IMG/VR virus record: IMGVR_UViG_3300025771_000029 | Span: 1-61,105 of that record | Direction: 5' to 3' (one strand) | DNA from: a virus | Lineage: Duplodnaviria; Caudoviricetes | DNA length: 61,105 nucleotides | Part shown: positions 10,742 through 18,889 of the stretch, piece by piece | How the letters are laid out: every line of letters begins with the position of its first letter | Numbering within the stretch: position 1 is the first letter of the stretch | The notes under the pieces: model-generated | What the model saw: only the letters and a program-made list of their open reading frames with translations | Database searches by the model: none | Told to the model about the DNA's origin: nothing | Translations under genes and position numbers: made by a program

Positions 10742-11325
10742 TGATCTATTATATTTTGCACAACGACGATGGCGAAGTTACAGCACGCCAAGCTAGAACT
10801 TTGCCGTTAACTGAAGGCATGGAGGCTTATGCCGCGCAAAAAATAGAAGTTAATGAGGAGCAATATCAACGCTCAACTGGCGAGTTTTGTTTTGTTGACA
10901 CTGAGGTTTTAGCCCTTGTTTTTCCCGTGGCACAACCGTCAAAGGATCATACTTTTGATTATGCTACAAAACAGTGGACAGTATTACTTGCTGATCAAAA
11001 AGCAACTAAATGGTCCGAGATTAAAGCCACTCGCGACTCAGAAGAATTTGGCACCTTTACATGGAGCACGCACACGTTTCAGTGTGATGAAACAAGTCAA
11101 CGGCGCATACAAGGCGCTGTCCAGTTAGCTCAGCTGGACTCAACTACTACCCTGGATTGGACATTAGCAGACAATTCAGTGCAGACTTTTAATGCTACGG
11201 AGCTGCAGCAAATAGGACAGGCGCTAGCAGCACACGTCAACGCATGTCACGTTAAATCTCGTACAAAACGTGGGGAAATAGACGCTGCAACAACTCAAGC
11301 CGCGCTTGACGCAATCACTTGGTAA
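10741..11325 (+). CDS. Tail fibre assembly/chaperone protein (DUF4376-like)
   Basis: IKATRD...FQCDETSQ.RI...WTLADNS...IDAATT.AALDAITW pattern; follows the tail tip gene. Confidence 0.75.
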   Translation: MIYYILHNDDGEVTARQARTLPLTEGMEAYAAQKIEVNEEQYQRSTGEFCFVDTEVLALVFPVAQPSKDHTFDYATKQWTVLLADQKATKWSEIKATRDSEEFGTFTWSTHTFQCDETSQRRIQGAVQLAQLDSTTTLDWTLADNSVQTFNATELQQIGQALAAHVNACHVKSRTKRGEIDAATTQAALDAITW

Positions 11326-11550
11326 TGACGCAGTTTGTGACGCAGTTGATGTCCTAGCATGTCTAATTAACCCCTGTAATGTTGTCCAGCAAAACCTGTT
11401 AAGTCTTAGAAAATGCTGATAAATCAGTCGATTACGATCTGATTCCGACCCGAGCCTCCATCAAAAATGGCGCTTGTAAGTGACTGTTTTACAGAAATAA
11501 AAAATCTTGTTATCGTTTTTCTCATGCAATGACGCAGTTTTGACGCACTT
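11326..11550. mobile_element. attP: attP region: tRNA-Cys-like core (11441-11460) with arm-type repeats and IHF-like sites
   Basis: GATTCCGACCCGAGCCTCCA resembles a tRNA 3' end; TGACGCAGTT at 11326, 11338 and 11530, TGACGCACTT at 11541; WATCARNNNNTTR match at 11422-11434; next to the integrase. Confidence 0.85.
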
Positions 11551-11562
11551 CATGAGGAAGCT

Positions 11563-12609
11563 ATGGCATCGATCCGCAACCGTAACGGGCGTTTTTACGT
11601 AGAGGTCCGAAAGGCTGGATACCCGGCTGTAAGCAAGACTTTTGATACTAAGACCGAGGCTCGTCAGTGGGCGAAGCGGACGGAAGCAGATATTGAGTCC
11701 GGCGCTTTGCTGGCACGCAAGCGACAATCTCAAAAGAAAACGACGTTTGGCGACCTGATTGATCGCTACATCGAAGAAGTCCACCCGCTCAACAACTTTT
11801 GCGAATCTAAGATTGCTACTTACCGTTTGACGCAACGCGACATCGGGCACTACAAGCTGCATGAAATTACGATTGAGAAAGTGTTGGACTATGGTCGGCA
11901 GCGTAGGCTTGGCACAGACGACAGGAAAGGTGTAGCACGAAGCACGCTTAATACTCAGCTGCAGTATATGGCGGAGCTCGTCGAGTTTGCTCGTATCTCA
12001 TGGGGCATGCCATTTGAAACAAACCCTGTGAGAGACGCGCGCTACGCGCTTGCGAAGATGAAGTTGGTGGGTCCGAGTCGCAAGCGTGCACGTAGGCTCG
12101 CCTCTGGTGAGTACGAAAAACTCATGGAAGCGTCAAAAGGGCACTGGATTTCGCACTTCATTGTTATTGCTGTGCATAACGCTATGCGTCTTGGGGAGAT
12201 ACATCGGCAGACGTGGGAGGACGTGGACTTTGAGAACCGCACACTCACGATACGTGATCGCAAAGATCCTCACGAGAAAGAGGGCAACGATGAAACAATC
12301 CCCATGCTCCATGAAACATGGACCCTGCTTCATGGTCTATGGTTGTGCAGCAAGCAGCGGGGCAGGGTGTTCTGTCAGGTAGCTACAGCAGGTGCTGTGT
12401 CAGACAAGTTTGCAGACGTAGCCCAGTTAGCCGGGTGTCCTGATCTGCGTTTTCATGATCTTAGGCACGAAGCGTGTAGCCGGTTGTTTGAGCAAAAGCT
12501 GTCAATAGAGCAAGTAGCGCTAGTTTCAGGTCACAAATCGTGGGACACGTTGAAGCGCTATACGCAGTTAAGGCCTGGAGAAGTGTTGGCTGCTATAGAG
12601 GGTAGTTGA
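11563..12609 (+). CDS. int: Tyrosine recombinase/integrase
   Basis: Catalytic motifs AMRLGEI, FHDLRHE, SGHK and KRY; N-terminal arm-binding domain. Confidence 0.95.
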   Translation: MASIRNRNGRFYVEVRKAGYPAVSKTFDTKTEARQWAKRTEADIESGALLARKRQSQKKTTFGDLIDRYIEEVHPLNNFCESKIATYRLTQRDIGHYKLHEITIEKVLDYGRQRRLGTDDRKGVARSTLNTQLQYMAELVEFARISWGMPFETNPVRDARYALAKMKLVGPSRKRARRLASGEYEKLMEASKGHWISHFIVIAVHNAMRLGEIHRQTWEDVDFENRTLTIRDRKDPHEKEGNDETIPMLHETWTLLHGLWLCSKQRGRVFCQVATAGAVSDKFADVAQLAGCPDLRFHDLRHEACSRLFEQKLSIEQVALVSGHKSWDTLKRYTQLRPGEVLAAIEGS

Positions 12610-12802
12610 TTACTTTGGATTCAAGGTAAGCCGCGACTTCGGGGGTTGGGAACAAATATTTTTTGCCGTGTTTAATGTACGGCAAATTTAGTTGGCCACG
12701 AGCGGCTTGTTTGTAGATTGCGTCATTTTGTACTTTAAGCAGCTGTGCGATTTCTGGCAGGTCCATGAAAGGACCATACTTTTCAATTAACAGTTGCTCC
12801 AT
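12593..12802 (-). CDS. xis: Excisionase-like HTH protein
   Basis: 69 aa with MDLPEIAQLLKV...IYK...LPYIKHGKKYLFP pattern; convergent with int. Confidence 0.75.
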   Translation of the reverse strand: MEQLLIEKYGPFMDLPEIAQLLKVQNDAIYKQAARGQLNLPYIKHGKKYLFPTPEVAAYLESKVINYPL

Positions 12803-12853
12803 CAGACAATACCTCGCTCAGAGGCATACCATTCATGTGTAGACCATATGTTT

Positions 12854-13087
12854 TTAAATGCCATCTTTAACCTCCTCTTGAGTTTTTATTAATTTTTCTA
12901 AGTACCACAGTGCTTTCTGTAAATCTTCAAGAGGTTTGCCTTTATACTGATAACGCCACAAATACTTAATGCAATTCCCTTTGCAATATCCTTGAAATTC
13001 AAGAGAAGACATAGATGCTTCGATTGCAGTGATGCATTCGATGCTTCCTGTATTGTAATGAGGGGGGCGCTGAACTGCGTCTGACAT
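12854..13087 (-). CDS. DUF3310 family protein
   Basis: V..PPHY...IECI.AI...GN.IKYLWR...KG..EDL.KA.WYL. Confidence 0.85.
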   Translation of the reverse strand: MSDAVQRPPHYNTGSIECITAIEASMSSLEFQGYCKGNCIKYLWRYQYKGKPLEDLQKALWYLEKLIKTQEEVKDGI

Positions 13088-13105
13088 TGCTACCTCATGT
13101 AGGTT

Positions 13106-13122
13106 TATTAGAGCAACTAATA
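13106..13122 (-). promoter_or_regulatory. Operator/promoter (TTGTCT-17-TAATAA) upstream of DUF3310 and xis
   Basis: TATTAGA-GCA-ACTAATA on the + strand. Confidence 0.7.
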
Positions 13123-13158
13123 GGTAAAGACAATACCAAAATGGAGTGCAAATGCAAG

Positions 13159-13761
13159 TTAATTTATAAGATACGCGACGATTGGGAGCAGTTTTGCATC
13201 TAGTTGATTTTTAGGCGTTTTATCGTCTGGCCCAACGATTTCTAACTTATTATTATTATTATTATTTTTCTTTTTGATAACCAACCACTGTGGAGTACGA
13301 ATGCTTGATTTGAGTTTTGGTTTAGGGTACTTGAGTAAGTCGTAGCAAAGTATTAGTTGGCCTGCGTAACCAAGTGGTGGAAGATCTTTTTCTAGCCTAA
13401 TAGCGCATACAGCTTTATACTGCTCATCAAACACAGAACCAATGGCGCGGCGTCTGTATTGGACTTCTGTACAAGTGCGTAAAGTTGTGCCGTGCACCCA
13501 AGTAACAGGAACGCGAAAGCGGTCTGCTTCTATGGGGCAGTAGTCTGGATCAATTTCATGGGGATCAACTTCAAGGAAATTAGCAAGTTTTGCTACGGCT
13601 TCGTCGTGTAGCTCGGTAATGTTGTTAAGATATTGACTAAACGCACCTTGGGTCCAACCTAATGCTTTAGCAGCTTCAGATTGATTAGTTTCAAGCGATC
13701 TTTTGCGCTCTTCCCATATGCGGCGAAGATTTTGTACTGCTGTTGGGAGTGTACCTCCCAT
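13159..13761 (-). CDS. CI-like HTH repressor
   Basis: LRRIWEERKRSLETNQSEAAKALGWTQGAFSQYLN resembles the lambda-CI N-domain. Confidence 0.75.
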   Translation of the reverse strand: MGGTLPTAVQNLRRIWEERKRSLETNQSEAAKALGWTQGAFSQYLNNITELHDEAVAKLANFLEVDPHEIDPDYCPIEADRFRVPVTWVHGTTLRTCTEVQYRRRAIGSVFDEQYKAVCAIRLEKDLPPLGYAGQLILCYDLLKYPKPKLKSSIRTPQWLVIKKKNNNNNNKLEIVGPDDKTPKNQLDAKLLPIVAYLIN

Positions 13762-13765
13762 ATTG

Positions 13766-14161
13766 CTATCCTCCTGATAAGCAATGCCGCGTTATTAGCT
13801 CTGCTAACTCTTTAAACCGCAAGGCGTCGTGCACAAGCTCATCTTGTGTTGCTGATTTATGTACATGTGGTCCATAGAATACTTGCGCTGACTGCTCCCA
13901 CCCCACAGCCAGGATGGTAGTCTGTTGGAAATCACTCATTTTTGTCAACCAAATTTGCTGCAATTCGGATAAACCAAAGGTGACAACCGTTGTTTTGCGT
14001 TTAGGCAACTTTATGTACTTGTATTCAACCCATAAAGAACCGGCGGGTCCACAATAAAAAGCATCAGGGACGCCGCCGGTATAGGTATCGTGGATTTTCC
14101 AACGATACACTTCGGGTGAAAGATGCCGATGCACGGCTTTTATGAAGCCGTGCTCGTTCAA
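13766..14161 (-). CDS. PD-(D/E)XK nuclease (VRR-NUC/Holliday junction resolvase-like)
   Basis: GVPD...WVEYK...LS.LQ..W. Confidence 0.75.
   Translation of the reverse strand: MNEHGFIKAVHRHLSPEVYRWKIHDTYTGGVPDAFYCGPAGSLWVEYKYIKLPKRKTTVVTFGLSELQQIWLTKMSDFQQTTILAVGWEQSAQVFYGPHVHKSATQDELVHDALRFKELAELITRHCLSGG
13793..13809 (-). promoter_or_regulatory. Operator copy just upstream of the repressor gene
   Basis: TATTAGC-TCT-GCTAACT, about 30 bp before the repressor start. Confidence 0.55.
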
Positions 14162-14167
14162 TCAGAC

Positions 14168-14854
14168 TTACTTATCGAATGGAGTATTTGCATACTCGTC
14201 GTAAATTTGTCCTGCTTTTTCGTAGGCTTCTTTCGTGGCCCAACCCAGTTTGTTGATAGTAATGTTCTGGTAGCTTGAGCCACCTGCTTTAGATGTCTTT
14301 AGCTCAGAACCGACTTCCCAGACTGTAGCAAAGCGGTCGCCGCCAATGTTACGAAGGTTGGTATTCCATAGCTTTGAAGTTTTGGCTTTGCTTTTGTTGA
14401 GATGAAACATGACTGGTTGATCTGCGACTTCTTTTGTCTTGGGATCAATAGTCAACACCATGTGAGCGTGGTTTTCGTATATCTCGTAGTTCTGCTTGTT
14501 TGCATCGTCAAGATTGTCGAGGTGTTCGTGCGCTTCAGCTTCTGTTTCGAAGTGATATGCACGGTAGTCATTGACTTGCACGCCATACTTTGGCTTGCAA
14601 GTCCAATAACAAAACACCGTGATGTTGAGGCAGGTAAAGCCTTTTGGAAATCGCTCGTCGGTTACGATATTGCGAAAATCACCCGGCTTCCAATCGCCTT
14701 CACCTTCTTGTACTACCTTAGATGAAGCATGAACCTGTACGATTTGCGGAATGATGACGTTGTTGCCAACGTTCTCATTACCACGACCGATGCCGTTCAT
14801 AACATCTTTGAGGTGAGCAGGGATTTTGTCGTCAAGAATTGCTAAATCATTCAT
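14168..14854 (-). CDS. Putative ssDNA-binding/annealing protein
   Basis: Replication-module position; G.EN...IP.I.QV...S N-terminal motif. Confidence 0.4.
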   Translation of the reverse strand: MNDLAILDDKIPAHLKDVMNGIGRGNENVGNNVIIPQIVQVHASSKVVQEGEGDWKPGDFRNIVTDERFPKGFTCLNITVFCYWTCKPKYGVQVNDYRAYHFETEAEAHEHLDNLDDANKQNYEIYENHAHMVLTIDPKTKEVADQPVMFHLNKSKAKTSKLWNTNLRNIGGDRFATVWEVGSELKTSKAGGSSYQNITINKLGWATKEAYEKAGQIYDEYANTPFDK

Positions 14855-14868
14855 CTTTGGTTTCCTAT

Positions 14869-15282
14869 TTACTTTCTACGAAAATTTACTTTTGCTTCTG
14901 TAAACACATCTACTCCAGGGATATCAGCGCCGCCGTCCCATATTTCTTTGCATGGCTTGACGTTTAAGCGGCGTTGAAAAAATGTCCCAACCGAATTAGT
15001 TTCGATTGCGTGTTGGATAAAGGTGTCCCAGTCAGTTACTTGCGGGCGTCGTTCTTCTGTAATGACTATAGACATCAGATCTGTAGAAGCTTTTGTTTGA
15101 CCTTCTTTTTTCATCAGAGTAATAAGAAGGCTGTCTAATTCTTGTTTGTATTTGTTTGCCTCTTTTAGAGTAGTGTTAATTTGATCAATTTGATTTTGAT
15201 TTTCTCGTTTAAGTTCAATGAGTTGACCAATTGTAATGTCTTCTGGAATTTCAACTGGATCAAATTTTGCTACGGCGTTCAT
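14869..15282 (-). CDS. Coiled-coil phage protein, replication module
   Basis: 137 aa; V.DWD.F...FQRRLN motif. Confidence 0.5.
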   Translation of the reverse strand: MNAVAKFDPVEIPEDITIGQLIELKRENQNQIDQINTTLKEANKYKQELDSLLITLMKKEGQTKASTDLMSIVITEERRPQVTDWDTFIQHAIETNSVGTFFQRRLNVKPCKEIWDGGADIPGVDVFTEAKVNFRRK

Positions 15283-16628
15283 GCTGTTTTCCTTAGTTCA
15301 TTAAGTTTATTGAGTACGTTTAGTAAGTCTTCCATTCGTCCAAGTTTGGTTTGTAACTTGTCGTAGACATCTGGCTCCCAAGTGTCGCGAGCCGCAATCT
15401 GAATCACTTCGGTCTTAGCTGTCTGACCGGCACGGTAGATTCGTCGATTGAACTGCTGATAGTGCTCAGCGTTGTAAGTGGGTGATGCCCAGATAACTGA
15501 TGTAGCGCGAGTTAACGTAAGACCGTGACCTGCAGACTGTGGGTGTGCATACACAACCTGCAGCTGACCTGACTGCATGTGATCAACGATGTCTTTGCGT
15601 TTGTTGGCAGGTGTGCTGCCGTCGATAAAGTCGTATTTGATACCGGCTTGTTTTGACAGCTCGGTTAACTTTTCGCGCTCGTGTCGCCAGTTGAAAGCAA
15701 CAAGCGAGTGCTCGCGTGCTTGTACAAGATCCAAGACCAGCTTATAGCGGTCATCATGTACCGTGATAGGTGTGCCATGGTCGTCGTAAATGGCACCGGT
15801 ACACAGTTGCAATAGCTTTTTAACTTTGGCACCAGCGTGGATTGCATTAATTGTGCCTTTGCCTGTGTACAGCACTGACTCGTCAGCAAGTGTGTTGTAT
15901 TGCTTGAGTATTTTAGGTGGCAGATCCACATACATGGTATGGACAGACTGCTCTGGCATATCAAGGCAGGCTTCCAAGGTGTAGCGGATGTTGATGTCTT
16001 TAATAGCAGCAGCAACAATTTCTTGTGCTTCGGGTTTGTCGACCCATACGTTGGCAAAGCCGTTGAATTGCGGTGTGCAAACAGCGTTACGGAAACCGTA
16101 GAACCTATGTCCGAGACGAGCGCCGTCATCGACTAGCAGGGTAGGGTGCCATACGTCGAGAATTGTGTTGCTATTAGGTGTGCCAGACATAGCAATGCGG
16201 TACTCAAACAGCTTTACTAGTTTTGCCATGGCTTTACTGCGCTGGCTGTCTTTGTTTTTGAACGCCGTAAATTCGTCGATACAAATGGTGTCAAAGCCAT
16301 CTAAGGCTTGCGGGTTTTTGACAAGCCACTTTACTGCGTCGTGATTAGTAATCACGATGTCTACGTCGGCTTTGAATGCGTCTGCCCGGTTGCGGGCGTA
16401 TGCGATGGAATACTTTAGTTTCGGTTGGAACTTAGTGCAGTCGTCTCCCCAGCTGGCACCGAGGATGCTAAGGGGGGCGAGAACGAGAAGCTTACCTCTA
16501 CGCCGTTGGGCGTATGCGTCGAGTACAGAACGTGTTTTGCCTGTGCCGGGATCGCTTGTGATGAGTACTCTGGGGTTATTGATAATGAATTGGGTTGTTG
16601 TTGCTTGGTGTTCAAACGGCTTTTGCAT
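15279..16628 (-). CDS. SNF2-like SF2 helicase
   Basis: DPGTGKT, IDEF, MSGTP, GHGLTL and RIYRAGQ motifs. Confidence 0.92.
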   Translation of the reverse strand: MQKPFEHQATTTQFIINNPRVLITSDPGTGKTRSVLDAYAQRRRGKLLVLAPLSILGASWGDDCTKFQPKLKYSIAYARNRADAFKADVDIVITNHDAVKWLVKNPQALDGFDTICIDEFTAFKNKDSQRSKAMAKLVKLFEYRIAMSGTPNSNTILDVWHPTLLVDDGARLGHRFYGFRNAVCTPQFNGFANVWVDKPEAQEIVAAAIKDINIRYTLEACLDMPEQSVHTMYVDLPPKILKQYNTLADESVLYTGKGTINAIHAGAKVKKLLQLCTGAIYDDHGTPITVHDDRYKLVLDLVQAREHSLVAFNWRHEREKLTELSKQAGIKYDFIDGSTPANKRKDIVDHMQSGQLQVVYAHPQSAGHGLTLTRATSVIWASPTYNAEHYQQFNRRIYRAGQTAKTEVIQIAARDTWEPDVYDKLQTKLGRMEDLLNVLNKLNELRKTA

Positions 16629-16647
16629 TTTTCATTTCTCATATTTA

Positions 16648-16812
16648 TTAGCTTTTTCCAATTACTTTTAGTTTCTTTTGAGCTTCTTCAATTACTATTT
16701 CTTCAGGGTCAGGGTCTTCGCCTTCGTCGTATTCAGGTGCAAGAAGTTGTATTTGGAGGGTGCGGCCATCCCATTCATAGGCATCGAGATGTATCTCGAC
16801 TTTTATCCGCAT
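16648..16812 (-). CDS. Small acidic hypothetical protein (54 aa, not in the ORF track)
   Basis: MRIKVEIHLDAYEW...; strong RBS AGGAGG directly after the operator/promoter. Confidence 0.6.
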   Translation of the reverse strand: MRIKVEIHLDAYEWDGRTLQIQLLAPEYDEGEDPDPEEIVIEEAQKKLKVIGKS

Positions 16813-16830
16813 ATGTCCTCCTGACTGCAG

Positions 16831-16853
16831 TAGTATTAGCCATGCTAATACTA
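16831..16853 (-). promoter_or_regulatory. Perfect operator palindrome/promoter (TTGAGC-17-TAATAC)
   Basis: TAGTATTAGC-CAT-GCTAATACTA. Confidence 0.8.
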
Positions 16854-17549
16854 GTGCTCAAAAAATACAACATTTTTATCCTGTGATTCCCAGCAAATTG
16901 TGCATGCTGCACAACTGGGAACTCGGCCAATTTGTTCAGGGCAGACTAGTTTGGTACGACCAAAGTGCCAGTCTTCTGGTCTGCCCTTAACACATGATGT
17001 GCTAAACAAAGTAGCAGTATCGTCCGAAAAGCGAACACGGCATCTCTCCTTATATTTGTTGTTCATTTTGACAATGGCATACCCAATATCTGAAAAATTT
17101 CGATGGTGGGTATAGCCATAGATATGTAAGTTGGATATGTGGTTGAGCATGCATCGCCACCACGCAACGTATTCTTTGCAGTAGAAGTCGCCAAGCACAT
17201 GCAGCCGGATCACGAAACCTGCTTCATGCTGCATGGATAATGTTTCAAGCTGCTTGCGAAGTAGGGGTAGAAACTCAGGGTGTGTATGATCGTAACGAAT
17301 TGCAAACGGCATGTTGTTACCGTAACAGTTGTCCCATTGTTCACAGTAGTCGGGGCAACTGTTACGTTCTTCGAGCGACAATGAGTACAGCGGCATTCCT
17401 TTCCAGCTGCCTTTAGTAATACGTGCGCCTAGTTTTTTGTTATTCCGTCCCGATTTCAGCATATTGGCTGCGGGCGGTTTGACGCTTTTTAAGTATTTTG
17501 TCCTGAGTCGACGGTTTGGGTTGGGTGTGTTCGCGATTAGTAATGTCAT
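16851..17549 (-). CDS. GP88-like Cys-rich (putative Fe-S) protein
   Basis: N.KL, CPDYC...CY, RLHVLGDFY, YGYT and CPEQ...C..C.IC motifs. Confidence 0.65.
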   Translation of the reverse strand: MTLLIANTPNPNRRLRTKYLKSVKPPAANMLKSGRNNKKLGARITKGSWKGMPLYSLSLEERNSCPDYCEQWDNCYGNNMPFAIRYDHTHPEFLPLLRKQLETLSMQHEAGFVIRLHVLGDFYCKEYVAWWRCMLNHISNLHIYGYTHHRNFSDIGYAIVKMNNKYKERCRVRFSDDTATLFSTSCVKGRPEDWHFGRTKLVCPEQIGRVPSCAACTICWESQDKNVVFFEH

Positions 17550-17754
17550 TACATATTTCTCTAGCTAATGCGTTTTTTGTTTGTCGGTCGTATTTGCCTA
17601 CGATTTTTACGTGTGCAGGTTTAAGCTTGTAGGTAGACCAAAAAACTGCTTCTGGCGGATCTGTTTTTAATTTGTATTCGACGGTAGTTCCGTCGTCTCG
17701 GATGAAGAAACATCTTGAGATACATCCGTCTGCGTCGAGCAATCCTGCGGGCAT
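17440..17754 (-). CDS. Hypothetical protein
   Basis: 104 aa ORF with RBS GGAG; overlaps the GP88-like gene start. Confidence 0.45.
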   Translation of the reverse strand: MPAGLLDADGCISRCFFIRDDGTTVEYKLKTDPPEAVFWSTYKLKPAHVKIVGKYDRQTKNALAREICNDITNREHTQPKPSTQDKILKKRQTARSQYAEIGTE

Positions 17755-17833
17755 TGCCGTTCTCTCCGTGCTTGTGTGATAGCTTTGATAAGAAAAATAA
17801 TTTCAAGAGCTGTAAGAAGCCTTGATAGCCAGA

Positions 17834-18007
17834 TCATTGGTCCCCCTTGTTGTGTTTTGCAAAGATGATTGTGCCGATTGCTAATAAGAAAAATAACGGA
17901 AAAACAAAGGCATACATTCCAGCAATCAAGATGTAGCTAAGATAAAAAATAATGAAGATTGCTGTTGCAGCTGCAAAATATTGCAGCGTTTGGATAAGCT
18001 GTTTCAT
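17834..18007 (-). CDS. Small membrane protein (57 aa, not in the ORF track)
   Basis: MKQLIQTLQYFAAATAIFIIFYLSYILIAG...; RBS GAGG. Confidence 0.5.
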   Translation of the reverse strand: MKQLIQTLQYFAAATAIFIIFYLSYILIAGMYAFVFPLFFLLAIGTIIFAKHNKGDQ

Positions 18008-18022
18008 ATAACGGCCTCACAT

Positions 18023-18049
18023 AAAAAAAGACCCCGCCGAAGCAGGGTC
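18023..18049 (-). terminator. Rho-independent terminator
   Basis: GACCCTGC-TTCG-GCGGGGTC followed by T7. Confidence 0.85.
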
Positions 18050-18095
18050 AAATACTTTTAGGAGTTCTCCCCCATGAGCAGAGGAGTTGGTCAGG

Positions 18096-18875
18096 CTATT
18101 CGACACCCCATTGGCATGCGGGATCGTCACCTTGTCTGTACGAACACCATCTGCATGCTGATTTAGATGGGTTCGGTTCAAAGTTAAACTCACTTGTCAT
18201 ACGTGTAGCGCGAGCATGAAACCCAGGAAAGAAGGCCATGGCTTCAGCTCGGGTGTACGATTGTTTAGTTGTTTCAGCGTGGTCGAGATACCACAGCTCG
18301 GTCTGCACATACTCTAAGTTCGAATACCGTATGAATGATGCAATGGCGTAGAGCAGCGCTTGTTGTGAATGGCCGATTTCGTTACCAAATTTTTTACCGG
18401 TTTTGTAATCGATAACGCGTGCGCTGGTATCTGATTCGTGCACTAACGCGTCAAGTTTGATGCGCGCCCATGTGCGGTTTTCAACCCAACCACATGGTTG
18501 CCACTCTTCGGTAAATGCCCATTCGCCTTCGAGCTCGACTTTTGCTTCTGCAAATAACTCTCGTAGCTCTTCAAACTCAGCTTTGAATTTTTTAAGCGAC
18601 TCGGGGAATTCACCTAGTGTGCCATTAACGTAGTCCTCAGCTTCTTGGTGTATTTGTGAGCCGCGATCTGCAGCAGGACTTGATGGTTCTGGTATGCGTT
18701 TAACGCGAGATAAAAATGTTCGGTAAGGACATTCTTCAAATACTTTGAGAGCAGAATAAGACCACGCAGTTACCGGGCCGAGTGGAGCTTTGTCAGTAAA
18801 GAGCTTATCTGCATCTGGTCGAGCGTCTTGCGTAAGAGCAACAGTCATATTGTCACCAGTAATTTTTGCAGGCAT
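18096..18875 (-). CDS. Cas4-like/PD-(D/E)XK exonuclease
   Basis: WSYS.L..FEECP, KLD, IDYKTG, Q..LY and C..C...C motifs. Confidence 0.85.
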   Translation of the reverse strand: MPAKITGDNMTVALTQDARPDADKLFTDKAPLGPVTAWSYSALKVFEECPYRTFLSRVKRIPEPSSPAADRGSQIHQEAEDYVNGTLGEFPESLKKFKAEFEELRELFAEAKVELEGEWAFTEEWQPCGWVENRTWARIKLDALVHESDTSARVIDYKTGKKFGNEIGHSQQALLYAIASFIRYSNLEYVQTELWYLDHAETTKQSYTRAEAMAFFPGFHARATRMTSEFNFEPNPSKSACRWCSYRQGDDPACQWGVE

Positions 18876-18889
18876 TAGTGTAGCTAATT
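18873..18889 (-). promoter_or_regulatory. Operator copy between primase and exonuclease
   Basis: CATTAGT-GTA-GCTAATT. Confidence 0.55.

Noticed and set aside
1-11325. Diversity-generating retroelement acting on tail fibres
   Set aside because: No reverse transcriptase ORF recognised, and differences between repeated blocks are not adenine-specific
11390-11460. Complete tRNA gene
   Set aside because: Only the last 20 nt match; no D or anticodon arm and no GGCTCGG 5' acceptor strand upstream
11563-12609. Shufflon/invertase role for the Rci-like recombinase next to the fibre genes
   Set aside because: All fibre genes are co-oriented with no inverted cassettes; a complete attP and xis explain the enzyme
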